This document shows positions 40,004-52,687 of a DNA stretch of 64,000 nucleotides, in pieces. The first letter of the stretch is position 1, and each line of letters begins with the position of its first letter. A program made the position numbers and the translations under genes. Origin of the DNA: Auanema rhodensis (lineage: Eukaryota; Animalia; Nematoda); contig OZ059896.1 of the NCBI GenBank assembly GCA_964057225.1, positions 6,510,001 through 6,574,000 of the forward strand. The letters are read 5' to 3'. The notes under the pieces are model-generated. The model did no database searches. It saw only the letters and a program-made list of their open reading frames with translations, and was not told the DNA's origin.

Positions 40004-41155
40004 AAGGTTCACAGTTTCGTCTTCATTCATAGTTTTTTTTCTAATAAGAAGATCAATCTCATTCATCGTACTTGAGAAAAAAAAAAGATTTTTAAGACAA
40101 TTGTATGAATAAATCCGGAAAAAATAAAATTCCCTTTGAATACAAAATTTAGTTTCCCTCTTTAAACAACTTATTTAACATGAAAAACGTTTCATTCATA
40201 AACAGGAAGTGGAAGATTTGTTTTAAACTAATAAAACTTTATTACATCTAGTTAGAATTACCTTATTTAATCACATAGTTAATCGTTTTTTCATATAATT
40301 ATGAGATAAGATCAAAGTTAAAAGGGTTTAGTCATTTCTTAAATGAAGCTTAATCTATCAGAAATAAATATTATCTGTTTTCATGTCTTGAAAGGTTTTC
40401 TCAAACTTTTGTTTTTGATTAGCATCTCCTTTGAATGAAACTCTGATATCAAGTAATTGGTTCAAACTAGTTCCCATCTAGTTTATTGTAAATTTTACTT
40501 CAAATGTTGACAAGACAGTAAGCTAAATATCAAATTAATTTTGAAATTTTCTGATTTTTATTCCATGTGATGTCTGTTTCCTCTAATTTCTTCTTTTTAT
40601 TTTCATTATTTAAGCTTATAACTTTGAATATCCGGAAAAGAAATAAGCTTTTCAATACAAAAAAAGGAAAGGGATGATAAAGAGAATAGGGAAGTGAAAT
40701 CTCTCTCTCTCTCTCTCATTTCTTTGAAAGCATTCTTTCTCTCATTTGATTGCTCAAGGGTCTTGTTTCTTCTGGAGAACTGTTGATGACGTTTCCTTAC
40801 ACGAAATCTCTAACATTCAAAAAAAAGATAACCCTGCTCCTCATATTATCAAATAAATTGAAATTTTCTTAATTTCATAACAACTTTTTATGGAGAATCC
40901 TTTTCAAATCAATACAGATCATTCAAAACAAAAGAAAAGAACATCAAATAATTGAATGGCTTATATAATGCTCATTCAGAAAGATTTTATGAGAGAATCA
41001 GACAAAATAGAAAAACTTGAGCTTTTGTTTGATTATTGCTCGAACATGAGTCTTTCTCTCATATTAGCTTACACTCTCTCTTAGTTTCTGTTGACCTAAA
41101 TCACGTCATCCTAATTTGCCTTTTTCGTCCTGTACAGAAGCCAGAAACCATTTTC
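39774..41155 (-). repeat. Right arm of the 1382-bp inverted duplication
   Basis: Reverse complement of 36130-37511; begins 40 bp upstream of the ShKT ATG. Confidence 0.95.
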
Positions 41156-41567
41156 AGAAAATGTAATTCAAAATTAGTATATAACTGGTTATTATATAGT
41201 AATAATTGACATTGGTCTGAACATAAAAAACTCGATCGTCCTAGCTAACGTTTTCGAAACGTTACTGTCAAATGTCATCGTATGATTTTCCTATGAACAC
41301 TCAATGTACTACTCAGTTTCTTCAAAGCAAGCCGTTTAAAAATTTAAAAGCATTATTGGTATCAAGAACAAGCCGATCAGAATATTCAACTGCTTCACTA
41401 AAACTTGCCTAACGAAGCCAAATACGTTTAAAAATTATATTCGTTAAGTAGCACTTCAGTATTATAAATCCAAAGCTCATAAACTCAACTTGACTTCTTT
41501 CTCGAACACAATTGAAAAATCCCATAACCAATTTATAACAATTTAACATCAACCAAACAAAATCATC

Positions 41568-41932
41568 TTATTTACTGCCTCTTCCAACGGCTGTGTCAGC
41601 CCGTCCCTTCACCATCTCCTCATTTTTCTGATTGATAATACGGGTCACCTCTGCAGATACTTTTTCCTGAAGATAAAATTATAAAAATGTTCTAAATGGT
41701 TATGATAACCTGCTGGATAACATGTTGTTTCTTAGGGGCAATATGAACAGGTCGCCCTCTTTTTGGTTGACCTACTGGCTTTACTTTTTTAGCTTTGCTC
41801 TTAACTCCCTTTGGGAGAGTAGTCTAAAATTTACAAATGTATTGTTTTCAAAGTATATATATAACAATCACTAAAAACGTTAAAGTATATTAAATACAAA
41901 TATACCTTTGCTTTCATTTTGTGCTGAGCCAT
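41568..41932 (-). CDS. Small basic protein, Leydig cell tumor 10 kDa / C19orf53 (UPF0390)-like; 3 exons
   Basis: MAQHKMKAK|TTLPKGVKSKAKKVKPVGQPKRGRPVHIAPKKQHVIQQ|EKVSAEVTRIINQKNEEMVKGRADTAVGRGSK; the MAQ..K and IAPKK motifs are family-typical. Confidence 0.8.
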
Positions 41933-41933
41933 T

Positions 41934-42311
41934 TTATCTGACGAATATAATGTAACCACAAGTTAAAAGGCAGGAAACTGATACAAACCAATGAAGACGC
42001 ACGCCAATAACCGCAGCCTTGAAATAATCATAAAGCTAATATTGATATATGTTAGATTATAAGGTATTGTATACGAAATTACATGAACACGAACTTTATA
42101 GAAAATACCAAAAAAACCCTTTTTCTCTGATAACAACCAAGCGTTTATCCTAGGAACACGTTTCAAGTAAGCACAGGCACAAATAAAAAGAAGAGCTGCA
42201 ATTAAGAAACCGTCCAAAGAATAAACTGAAAAACATTCTTAATTATACAAAATTCGGTACCATAGGGTCATGTGAAACAATAATAGTCTCAAAGGGAAAC
42301 CTACCGTTCAT
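41934..42311 (-). CDS. TMEM167B: Protein kish-B (TMEM167B ortholog); 3 exons
   Basis: [46 protein letters not shown]|[27 protein letters not shown]. Confidence 0.9.
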
Positions 42312-43002
42312 AAAACCCAACGTAATATTCCAAGCAAATCAACTAGGAAAATCTGAAGAACTATTCTTAAAATAGTAATGAACAGAGGCTTTCACGGAAA
42401 ATCTTCGATATTTACTGTAGGATAGCAATAACGACAACAAATACTATAATAGGAAATATTTCTACTTCGAAATAAACAATTTTAATGTATGATACAATGG
42501 ATTATTATTAATGAAAATTTATTAAAGTAAATTAAAACATATTAACAATAATAAAACAAAAAAAAATAAAAAATCGGATAAAACTGACTATTAATAGTCG
42601 TATGAATTATTTTATATTGCCTTGCAGGAAATGTACGCAATACGCAAAATTTTAGCCAAAAAATAAATATTATATTTTTGGATACAGGAGCATGGTTAGT
42701 TTGTTTCATAAATACTACAATTTTTACGGATATGAATATTTGACTAGATAAAAATATAGGAGTGCAAATTATTCCAAACATTACTTAGTGATTATAATGC
42801 CAGCATTATAATATAAAGAGTACGTGAAATAAGAATCCTTTTTAATGATTAGATTACTTCAAAAATATTGGATTTTGAAGATATTTAATAAGTATTATGA
42901 TAGACTCAAGTAAAACTGGAATGAAAGGAAGAGGAATGTGACTAACAACAAAACTTAGTTCTGTGAAATGATAATATGAAAGTTATATTATACAAAACTA
43001 AA

Positions 43003-45815
43003 TCATTCGAGTCGATATGTATAGCGTTGTCTATACATAGGTCTTGCTACCCCATTCAAAACATTTTGGACCGGTAGCAAAGATCCAAGGGTTACGGTTT
43101 CCATTCCAATCTTGGTGAAAAAATCCATTGTATAAGTTGTATCCTTAGCACTATCACTTTTCAAGAAATCATCCAATTGAGTGTACCAAGGGCTTAAAGT
43201 CATTATGTGTAATTATAAAAATTTCAATTCTTACTCGTCATAGGAACCCAGAAGTGGGAAATGGCCCATTCGTTTAGTAAGCTGTTCAAATAGATGCTTC
43301 AGGAATATTAGACCAGCGGCAGTAGTATCTTTTTCACACAAGGAGGTCACTTGGAAAATCTATAATCAATCTTCTATATATAGAAATTTAAAAAATATTA
43401 CATTCCAGTTTATCATCTGCGAAGCTAGTAATAACGATCCCAGTTTGGCAGTACGTTTTAATCGTTTCAAACTCAACCTATGAGCATTAGTATAAGTGTC
43501 TTGAATAATCGAATAAAAGTAACGCTGGAAGTAAAGAAAATATTCAGAACAAATTTTAAATAAGAAATTCATACCGCAAAATGATAATCATGCCGACATA
43601 AGCATACAGCAAATGTTGCATATGATTCAAGATAATACGGGGACATAACGCAAAAATCTATTACCATTTGAGATACCTCGAGCTAAAACTTGAAACATTA
43701 CGAAATATTTGAGTAAAATACTACCTGAATGCGACTTTTCGGCCTTAATTCTCTCAATGCTTTATACCCAGCAATATACGAGCTAGGCTTGGTATTATGA
43801 ATTAAATGATAAATTTTGCAGCGAAAATAATCTAACTGCTTTTCGGCTCTTTCAACAAATGGCAGCGCAAGTGTTAGATTGATGAAGTTTCGAAGTTTAT
43901 CGAAGCCGAAAACGGATATTAGTTCATGGAAGAAATATTTCATAAAAACATGGTCGCAAGGGTTGGTTTTTTCTTCCCTGAAGTCCAGATCAGTAATCGG
44001 CTGCAAATATAAAATATATAATGTTATAGATCTCTAAATTTACTTTCCAGCCAATTGCTTTGGAATACAGTAAATGAGCAATGAATTTAGTAACTTTCAT
44101 TATCATAAACACATCGTATTTATGATTTAACAAATAAGCTTGTTGCGAAAACTTTTCAAATCCTGTCTGAAAAAAACAAATTAAATGAATTACGAAAAAT
44201 TCAATGTCGAATTTTACTCTATATATCTTGCTCCTGCACAAAGCTTCGGCTATTGAAGCAAATTTACGGTCATACGCTACTTTCTGCATACATAAATCTC
44301 CTATCGCATAACACACCTCGGTCTTAAACATATTTTGATTAGATAATAAATCATTTTGGACTTGCCTCCATTCCCTCTCCTAATTTCAGGCTCATGATCC
44401 TTCTAGCTGCTTCATTCGATGTGCTAGAACTTTTAATTATAGAATTGATTAATTGACGGAAATGGTTCCAATCGAGATATTTCTTTGTAATGATCTTATC
44501 AGGATCCGTAACATATGGCTCTAAAGATGAATAATAAGAGGTTGAAAATGTAAAATATCATACCGTTTCTCATTTCATAATAATGATCTCTATCATCAAA
44601 TTCCCCAATTAAATCATCTTTCAACCTTTGATAGGCTTTTTCGTGTTTCTCAAACTCAGGATCATAAACAAAGCGACCTATAAAAAACAACCAATTTTTT
44701 TGATTTATCATATATTTTGACTAACTTAATCTCTCTTCACTGTCCAAGATATCATTAAGGTAGTAATGATGTGTGAATTGATCAGGTGGATGATCCACTA
44801 CTATTAGTTCATCAAAAAGTGCCGGATTGTTCTACAATGGTGAAAATGTGTTACAAAATATGTAATATCCTTACGGCCATGTGTTTCTTTTTGTAATACA
44901 AGCAATCATACAGAATTCCACGCGCAATCTTAGGGAAATCAAAATGTCTAAGACAATCTTCTGATAACATTTTATCGATTTGAGAGTAAACGTTTTTAAA
45001 AGCACAGCTATGAGCCTGTAATGTATAAACAATAATGATAATTAAGTAAAATATTACGATAGAAATAGAAGATGCGCATTGGGTAAGTACATAAGCACCA
45101 ACATTAACGGCAGCCACTACTGGTTTTGCAAATGTTAGATTTAATATATTTATAATAAGTTTATCTGACACAACTGATTGATGATTCAGATGTGCCAAAA
45201 ATTTTATTTTTGTTTTAGCATAATCTATAAATATTTTTTAGTAATGATTGTTAATTGTTAGCTGATTTACCTAAATATTTGGCTCTCAAAGCGAGCCTAA
45301 ATTGAATTAACAGCCTTTTAACCAACAGAGCTCCAACTTTTGGGCATTTAGAGTTAATTGCTGCTATTAGAGAAGAATAAATCGGAGTATATTCGGGGCA
45401 TCGCTCTTGAGCTTGCATAAATAAGGTTACCACGATTCCCCTAAAAAAAAAGGTTCGGTACAAATTTCAGTTTGTATTTGCCTTCGCCTAGTAAGGTCCT
45501 CTTCTAACATTAATTGAACAATAGGGATTATATTCCAAATGCATGCCTAAAACAAAAAATGATATATTTTTGAACCTTAACTAGTTTTAAAAACCCTATT
45601 TAGTAAGCCTCGGATTTTTTTATTCACTTGATCCCAGATAATTTCCTGGTATTCTTTTGAATTCTCAAAAAATATTAAATTAAATTAATTATTCATTAAT
45701 TCATTATTACCTCATATATTGCGTATTTGCTTCCTTTCTTAATTGTTCGTTGAATAGCAGGAGGGAGATAAGCCTTTTCTGATCTTTTAAACGGCGGCCG
45801 ACTTACCTTGGTCAT
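43003..45815 (-). CDS. Highly diverged CWC22/let-858-like splicing factor (MIF4G + MA3)
   Basis: AYLPPAI, EYQEIIWDQVNKKIRGLLN, YSSLIAAINSKCPKVGALLVKRLLIQF, FLAHLNHQSV, DQFTH, FVYDPEF..YQRLKDDLIG and MDFFTKIG occur in CWC22 motif order. Confidence 0.8.
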
Positions 45816-46686
45816 TTTAGATTATTACCTGAATAATATTATTTATAGTAAAGCTTAAAACAGTCAGTTGTTCAAGCAAAAGAATGTTTCACATATAAGG
45901 CATGCACTAGCGCAAAAGACTAGCATGCTAGATAGGCTGAAGGATATTGATTTTTACTAATTATGCTCTAACAGCGCGTTTCCCAGTATAATTTCGGGTT
46001 AATCAGGCATGTATTGGGCTCTTATTAGAAGGTTATTATTAAAAGTGTATATATAGATGATACAATAATTTTAAAAAATGGGAAGAACACTTAAAAATTG
46101 AAGAAATACTTTAAAAAGGTCATTGAATTATTTGATAGTGGAAATGAATGTTAAAAGTATGCCGTTGAAGCAAGCTCAGCTCTATCTATTTGGCTGCATA
46201 ATTACGCCCATACTCGAAGTAAATATTATGTAAGTTATATATGGAATAAACCCCTAGTGGCAAAAAAATTGACACAACTAACAAAATTCAAAACATAACG
46301 AATTGAAATAAATATATAGCTAGCATTTCGAACTAGACCTCAAATCAGAAAATCTAATGCATTAAAATCATTTCAGCATTTTTTATAATGAAAATTTATC
46401 ATATGTTTCACTTGAATAAAATAAGGATACTCTGCCGGAAACAACGTATATCACAATAATCAAAATCAATAGCAACTTTATATGAACAATTATGTTAACA
46501 GTGACTATTTTCGAAAATTTTATTTAAAATCTTTGAAGCTATTTATATACATGGCATTGTACTTAGTACTAACTACCTTGGAATGTTTACAGTGATAACA
46601 CTTTTCCACACATGATTAGGGCTCACAAGAATAATATGCTCAATTCTACAAGGTTGGGAATTATCATTTCAAGAGTTGCTGTATAT

Positions 46687-47550
46687 CTATATTTCATAAT
46701 CTCTGAATTTACGAACTGCTTCGGATTCGTAACGCTGTCCCCATCTGGATGTTCGCGATTCAACCACAGCTGGTTCTTCTCTGCCAGGAATCATGGGAGT
46801 GGATTTGGGTGTTACCCAGTGCATTGACTGAAATGTCAATGCTCGATTTTCAAACAAAGTTATGAATGTATTGGTGGTACGAATGAAACCCAATTAATTT
46901 TTTGAAAATTTATGCAAATTTCACAATGAAAATAAAATTAGAATATATTTAAACGAATACAAAATAAAGATTTTAATTGTTCTCAGTCTGAAAAGCTTTT
47001 TTGATTTTTATCTCTCTTTTTTTGTGTCGTTCATTTTGGATGTAGCTCTACTCCGACCCAAACAGGCCTAAGTTTTGGGTGAACACAAGTGAGAAAGTTC
47101 CTATGACATCTAGGACTAACCCTCGAACGACCGAAAAAGCGCTTCATTCGTGCTACCCAAAATTACCTGCTTAATTGAATCACTGTTTCGTTCAAATTCT
47201 TCGAAACTCATTGGTAGCGGACATCCCAACCAGGCATCATATATCTTCCGTCTAGCTGGATCGCTCAACAAAGAATAAGCTGCCTGCAAGATAAACAATA
47301 TATTACTAAAAAATATTGTTCACTTGAAATTTTGTGAATTCCTCAGTCACCAAGATATCTTGAACCTTATCAGGATGAAGTAATCGAACCTTCGATCTAT
47401 ACTCAGCAGTTATCTGTTCAGCCTAAACCTTTTCACGTGTTGTCGAGTTGAATTTTTATATACCGATGAAGCTTTATCACATCCAATAATGTCATATAAA
47501 CTTGGATCTTTTCGAGAAGATGATGTTTTAAGTAAGCTCTCGAAAGACAT
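46687..47550 (-). CDS. J-domain protein, DNAJC12-like; 4 exons
   Basis: LYDIIGCDKASS|AEQITAEYR..HPDK, AYSLLSDPARRKIYDAW, SMHWV, and C-terminal RKFRDYEI. Confidence 0.85.
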
Positions 47551-47738
47551 TTCTAAACTACTCGGCTAATTATATCCATTAATAAAAAATCTGTTTCAGT
47601 ATCATATAAAAGTATTTAATGGAGTTAACCACCTTAGGTGCTTAAAACAAAAAAATTAACAAACAGTTAGTCTGTATAAAACCAGATAACAACAACAATA
47701 TCAACAAAATGTGTAACAAATCTATCACAATGAAGTTA

Positions 47739-49252
47739 TTAAAATTTTATGTTTCGTTTTCAGCTTTTCTTTTCCGCTCGCCAAATTTATTGGTGACTAA
47801 TTTTCCATTCATTTTCCTCAAAGCCATCTTTCTATTATGGTGATAAATCTAGATCACAAAGTTTTAAATAATAGAAAGAAATTATTCATACCTTCATAAT
47901 TGCATCTCTATAAGTGGACCATCCTCCAACGGTTTTTTCGTATGATTGAGTTCTCTTAAAATTGGCTACCACACTAACAACACTAGGATCAGAAGGCGAA
48001 AAGAAGAAGTTGGATTTTCCAACTGATAAATCCTAAAATTCATTATTTTTCTGTTAATTTAATTAATAAATGACAAACCAATTTTCCACTTTTTGGCTTT
48101 GATGGGCCAGCAGAATCATTCTTGACTACATCCTGAAAAACGGAGAGGAATTACTTTCAAGCTTTTGGTATAAACTTACTAAAGAAGGTTGGTTAAAGGA
48201 TGGTTCTGGTTCCACATGAGCGCTTCTTCCCATCATAGCAAGAAAAGAAAAGTTATTTTCTTCTTTATTATCCTCCCTTGCAAGCCTAACTTTCAACTAA
48301 ATTCTTTTATTTAAAATAAATTAGTATCTAAACTTACTTCTTCGGCGAAACTAGATTCCATACTAGCAAAAGTTCCAGCTGTCGTTCTATCAACTTCTTC
48401 CCCTTCTTCTTCGTTAGGTTCATCAACAGTACTTTTCTTCTTTTTTCCAACTCCCTCATCTCTTTCACCGTACAATTTCATCCACTGCACATGCTTTTCA
48501 TTAGTAGGATCAAATCTAACGTAGGAATTTTATTACACAATTATATCTCAAAATTCTTACCTTGTAAATGGTCTAGGAGGTATTTTTTTCGCACCAGTAT
48601 CCACGGGAACTACCGTTTTCTGTTGAGGAGCAACTGATTTACCTAATACTTTTGATAACAGTTCACGATTTTTTCGTTTTTCAACTTCTAGCTCCTTAAA
48701 AAAAATTGAAACTATTTTTCAAGAACAAAAAATATACGTCTTCAGATTCTCCATCACTGACGAATTTATCAGTCATCTTGAAGCGGTCATCCGACTGAAA
48801 TTTTGCTTCCATCTCCATTAATTTCGCTCCTAGATATATTGAGAATGTATTATATAAATTCAAAAAAATTTACCTTTGAAGCCACTATGTTTATTTTCAA
48901 TAACAAAATTATTTTCCTCTCCAGAACCATCACCATCTGATTCGTCAAAAAGGGCGATCTTTCCTTTTGCAGAATTAGTTCCGCTTCCACTAAGTTTCTG
49001 AGAAGTGCTGGGCTTTGCATTCTAAAAGTAAAGCGTTAAAAAAATTTTAATCAGAAAATAATAACATACTGTTCCTACATCATCATCATCATCACTATCA
49101 TCAAAAACAATTTTGTTATTGACAGGCTTATCAACATTTTGAAGAGAAAGGCGAATAGCTTCCTTTTGCTTTTTTTCGAGTTCAACCTTATCTCTAATAC
49201 TTTGTAAACGTTGAGCTTCCGACCTAGCCTTTTTATCCCAGTTCTCCGACAT
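47739..49252 (-). CDS. Nucleolar protein 8 (NOL8)-like, C-terminal homology region
   Basis: SEAQRLQSI, NKIVFDDSDDD, LFDESD, GAKLMEMEAKFQSDDRFKMTDKF, RFDPTNEKH; TTCAG acceptor just before the ATG. Confidence 0.7.
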
Positions 49253-49466
49253 AATGGAACCTGAATATAGAAAATAAAAAAATTCAGTATGAATGAAATG
49301 AACAAAGATAAATATGGCTCATTACCATTAAAAAAATAGAAATTGATATTATTTTCAATATAAATTAAGAAGATCATTTCTCAACGGGATTGGAATACAC
49401 TGAGATTTCGAAGATACAGTAACGAAAATTAAACAACAAAGATGCATAAAACAAAATAATCACATC

Positions 49467-51940
49467 CTATAATTCAAGAGCAGTAGACATAGCACCGACA
49501 TGTTTTAAATTTTCTCGTACAACATTAGATAAACTTTCTAAACCATCTTGACACCTTGCCAAATATCTAAAAACAATAAAATTCATTAGACAAAGAGTTA
49601 GTATGGTCTTACTTTTGTAATTGCATAATATCAGATTCTGATAAAGTATGAGAAGCAGTGTTGGCAACCTTAGTTCGTAATGATGAGTTATCGTCTTTTA
49701 AAACATCCATGAGCTCGGCAATAAGAGGCTTAATCGATAATAATTTTTAATAAAAGCTAAAGTCAATTTACCTTAATTTGTTGTGGTGCATTCAACCTAG
49801 CATTTAAATTTTCCAAAGCACATTGAATTTGTTCTTCTGTAGGGTCAATACCCTTTCCAAATCGCTGCTGGATTAATTGCATACATAAGACACTGAAAAT
49901 TCAAAATGTACTTAATTTTCAGAAACCCATCACAATTACCGTAAAAGTCTATGAGATAACTGCTTGTTGATAACTTTCTTTTGAGAAATTTTCAATGCAG
50001 CAGATTCGGAAGAATTTCGTAACGAATTTAAACGATTTTGCATAGCATTTATAGCTAATTCATGAATTTGGACCTGAAAAGATCATTTAGAAATTTGTAA
50101 GAATTACTGGACAAACCTCAGATGCCTGAGAACGTTGGCGATTTACTAATTCTTCAAATCCACGGATAGGATAGGGAATCAAATGTTTAGAATCAGGATT
50201 CTCTTTAGCTGACTGTTGCCACAAGACATCATCAAATCCTGAAGTATTATAATTAAAAAGGTATCACAATTTCTCAAGACAAGTACCAGCAGGTGGATCC
50301 TTAATGTATCGTTCCATTTGATATTTATCCATGGCAGACAACGAAATTATACGATCAATTTTGAATTGGGTTTCAAGCTGTTGCTTTTTTTGAGGCTCAT
50401 TTAATAACTGAGCCAATGAACTGCTTGGAGCCGGAGTTCCAGAGGCTTTGTTAATAACACAAATAACCAACTAAAATATTACTTAACAGAAAGAATATGA
50501 AACATCATCTCCCAACCTCTGTATTGTTGTCAGGAAGCGGTTTAACATTTTTTATTTTAGCTTGCATATTAGGCTGACTTCCCAAAATTGCAAAAATACT
50601 ATCAATTAATTTCTGCCTTTGAACGCTAGTAGAAAACCTAAAAGAATGGCAAAATATAGAACTGTTAATTCAAAAACATACTCAGTTTTTGGTAATTTTG
50701 AGAAAAGTGAAACCATTCCATCAGCATCTGTGAATTCGGATACGGTATTGTATCCAATTGCCTGAAATTCGAAAAAAAACTAATATATTAAACACGTAAA
50801 CGTTACCTTTAGCCTATAGAAAGGTCCTTCTGGAGTATACGGCACGGACTCACCACTCTTGCAGAAACCATTACCAGTACCTAAGGCAGCAGCAACCTGA
50901 TACTTTTCAAGTGGATAACATAATGACGAAACAGAATACCTGATTCAGCTTTCCAATTAGTTTGTCCCGTTCATCTCCATATAATTCTGGACACGTCAGT
51001 GATCTGACAACAGCATCCGCTTGCTAAACTTATTTTTTTATTGATATAATTCAAAACAAAAACCATTATCATTCCTGGCAAAGTGTCACGCTGGCGGGTT
51101 GGAGCAACAGCTTGAGCCGCATTTGCATTAGTTCCCCCGAACAAGCCGCCTCCTGTTGCTGGTTTAGAACCAAACAAACCTCCAGACGATGCACCGAAGC
51201 CGGTACTAGCAGCTGAAGAAAAGCCAAAATATTAAAAAAATGTATTAATACACACGTTTGGAAAATAAGCCTCCTGGTGTAGAAGACGTAGTAGCAGCTC
51301 CAAACGCTGGCTTTGCTGCACCAAATAAACCTGTGTTTTGTGTGTTAGTGCTACCGAAAAGGCCTAAATGAGAAGAATTTATACACCAAAAGTAAATATA
51401 GCACTTTACCTGTTGAAGCAGTTGGTGTGGTGGTTGAACCAAATAAACCACCTCCAGTTTGTGAAGTTGTGGTACTACCAAACAGACCTACAAAACATAA
51501 GCTAAGTGAAGAACAATTGATAGTCATATTTACCAGTAGAAGGAGCGGCAGTTGTCGCTGTGTTACCGAATAAACTACCAGAAGCTTGTGTAGTTGCAGT
51601 AGTTGATCCAAAAAGACCTACAGCAAGTATAAAATTAAAAAAAAACCAACAATATATAACTACCGCCTGTGGCTGGAGCTGATGAAGTTGTTGTTGTAGT
51701 CGATCCAAATAGTCCGCCACTAGCTTGTGTTGTTGCTGTATTTCCAAAAAGAGATCCTGAAGATTGTGTAGCCCCAAATAATGGTTTAGTGGCAGAAGCT
51801 GTGCTGAAAGCAACAACTTTATATTGCAGTATTCAGATTCAAAATTGCCTGGTTGTGGTAGAACCGAAGCCGAAAGTACTGGTCGAAGTTGTTGGATTAG
51901 TAGCTCCAAAGGCTGGCTTAGCCGCTCCAAACAGACTCAT
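49467..51940 (-). CDS. npp-1: Nucleoporin Nup54
   Basis: N-terminal GLFG/FG repeats split over many short exons, then LFGDERDKLIGKLNQVAAALGTG, FKAIGYN, PPAGFDDVLWQQS..NPDSKHLIPYPIRGFEEL. Confidence 0.9.
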
Positions 51941-52687
51941 CTTAACACAAAAGGGTTTAGAAATTAGAAGCTTTATAAGAAGAATTAAGATTCCATGAAT
52001 AAATTCAAACAAAGAAGGCGTGGCCTTGGCAGCAGGTATTACACAGTCCTTTGTAAACACAGTGCAGGTTTTAATATATTATTTTTGTAACCATACTATT
52101 ATATATAATATATCAGAATATTTATTTTATTTCATTCAGTTCTTTTTTCGGATATTTTGATGATATGTTATATATCTGTCAACTTTTTGTTCTTTTGATC
52201 AACTTTTTGATAAGTCATATAATATGTAAATGTCTACTGTATATTTGTTGGATTATTATTTCTTCAAATTAGAATTTGAATATTTGGATTTCTATAACTT
52301 CAATTGTCAAATATTATGAAAAATCTATTTAAAAAAGATATATTTAATATCACAGATAAAAAATTTAAAAAATATTGTGGCTAGTTTTGCAACGTAAGTG
52401 ATTCTTATACGAGCAGATACACAGCTACATACAACCCGAGAGCATCATATGCCAAAAACTAAAAACGAGAATCAATTCCAAAAAAAAAAGATTTAGGAAA
52501 AGGGAAATCATTTAAGTAAAAATCCTTGAGGCTAACGAAATGTTGGGGAGAAGAGCTGTGAAAAAGGTTGGGCATGCTTAATTTCTTCGAATGTTAAAAT
52601 CATGATAGAAGAAGATAGCGTAAGACTAGGGATTATGAATAAATTCTCGTTTTTTTACATGTAAAGATTAAATAAATAACTCTCCGT

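Noticed and set aside
51669-51998. + strand 109-aa ORF and similar antisense ORFs in the track
   Set aside because: Shadow frames of the npp-1 FG-repeat exons and other minus-strand genes.
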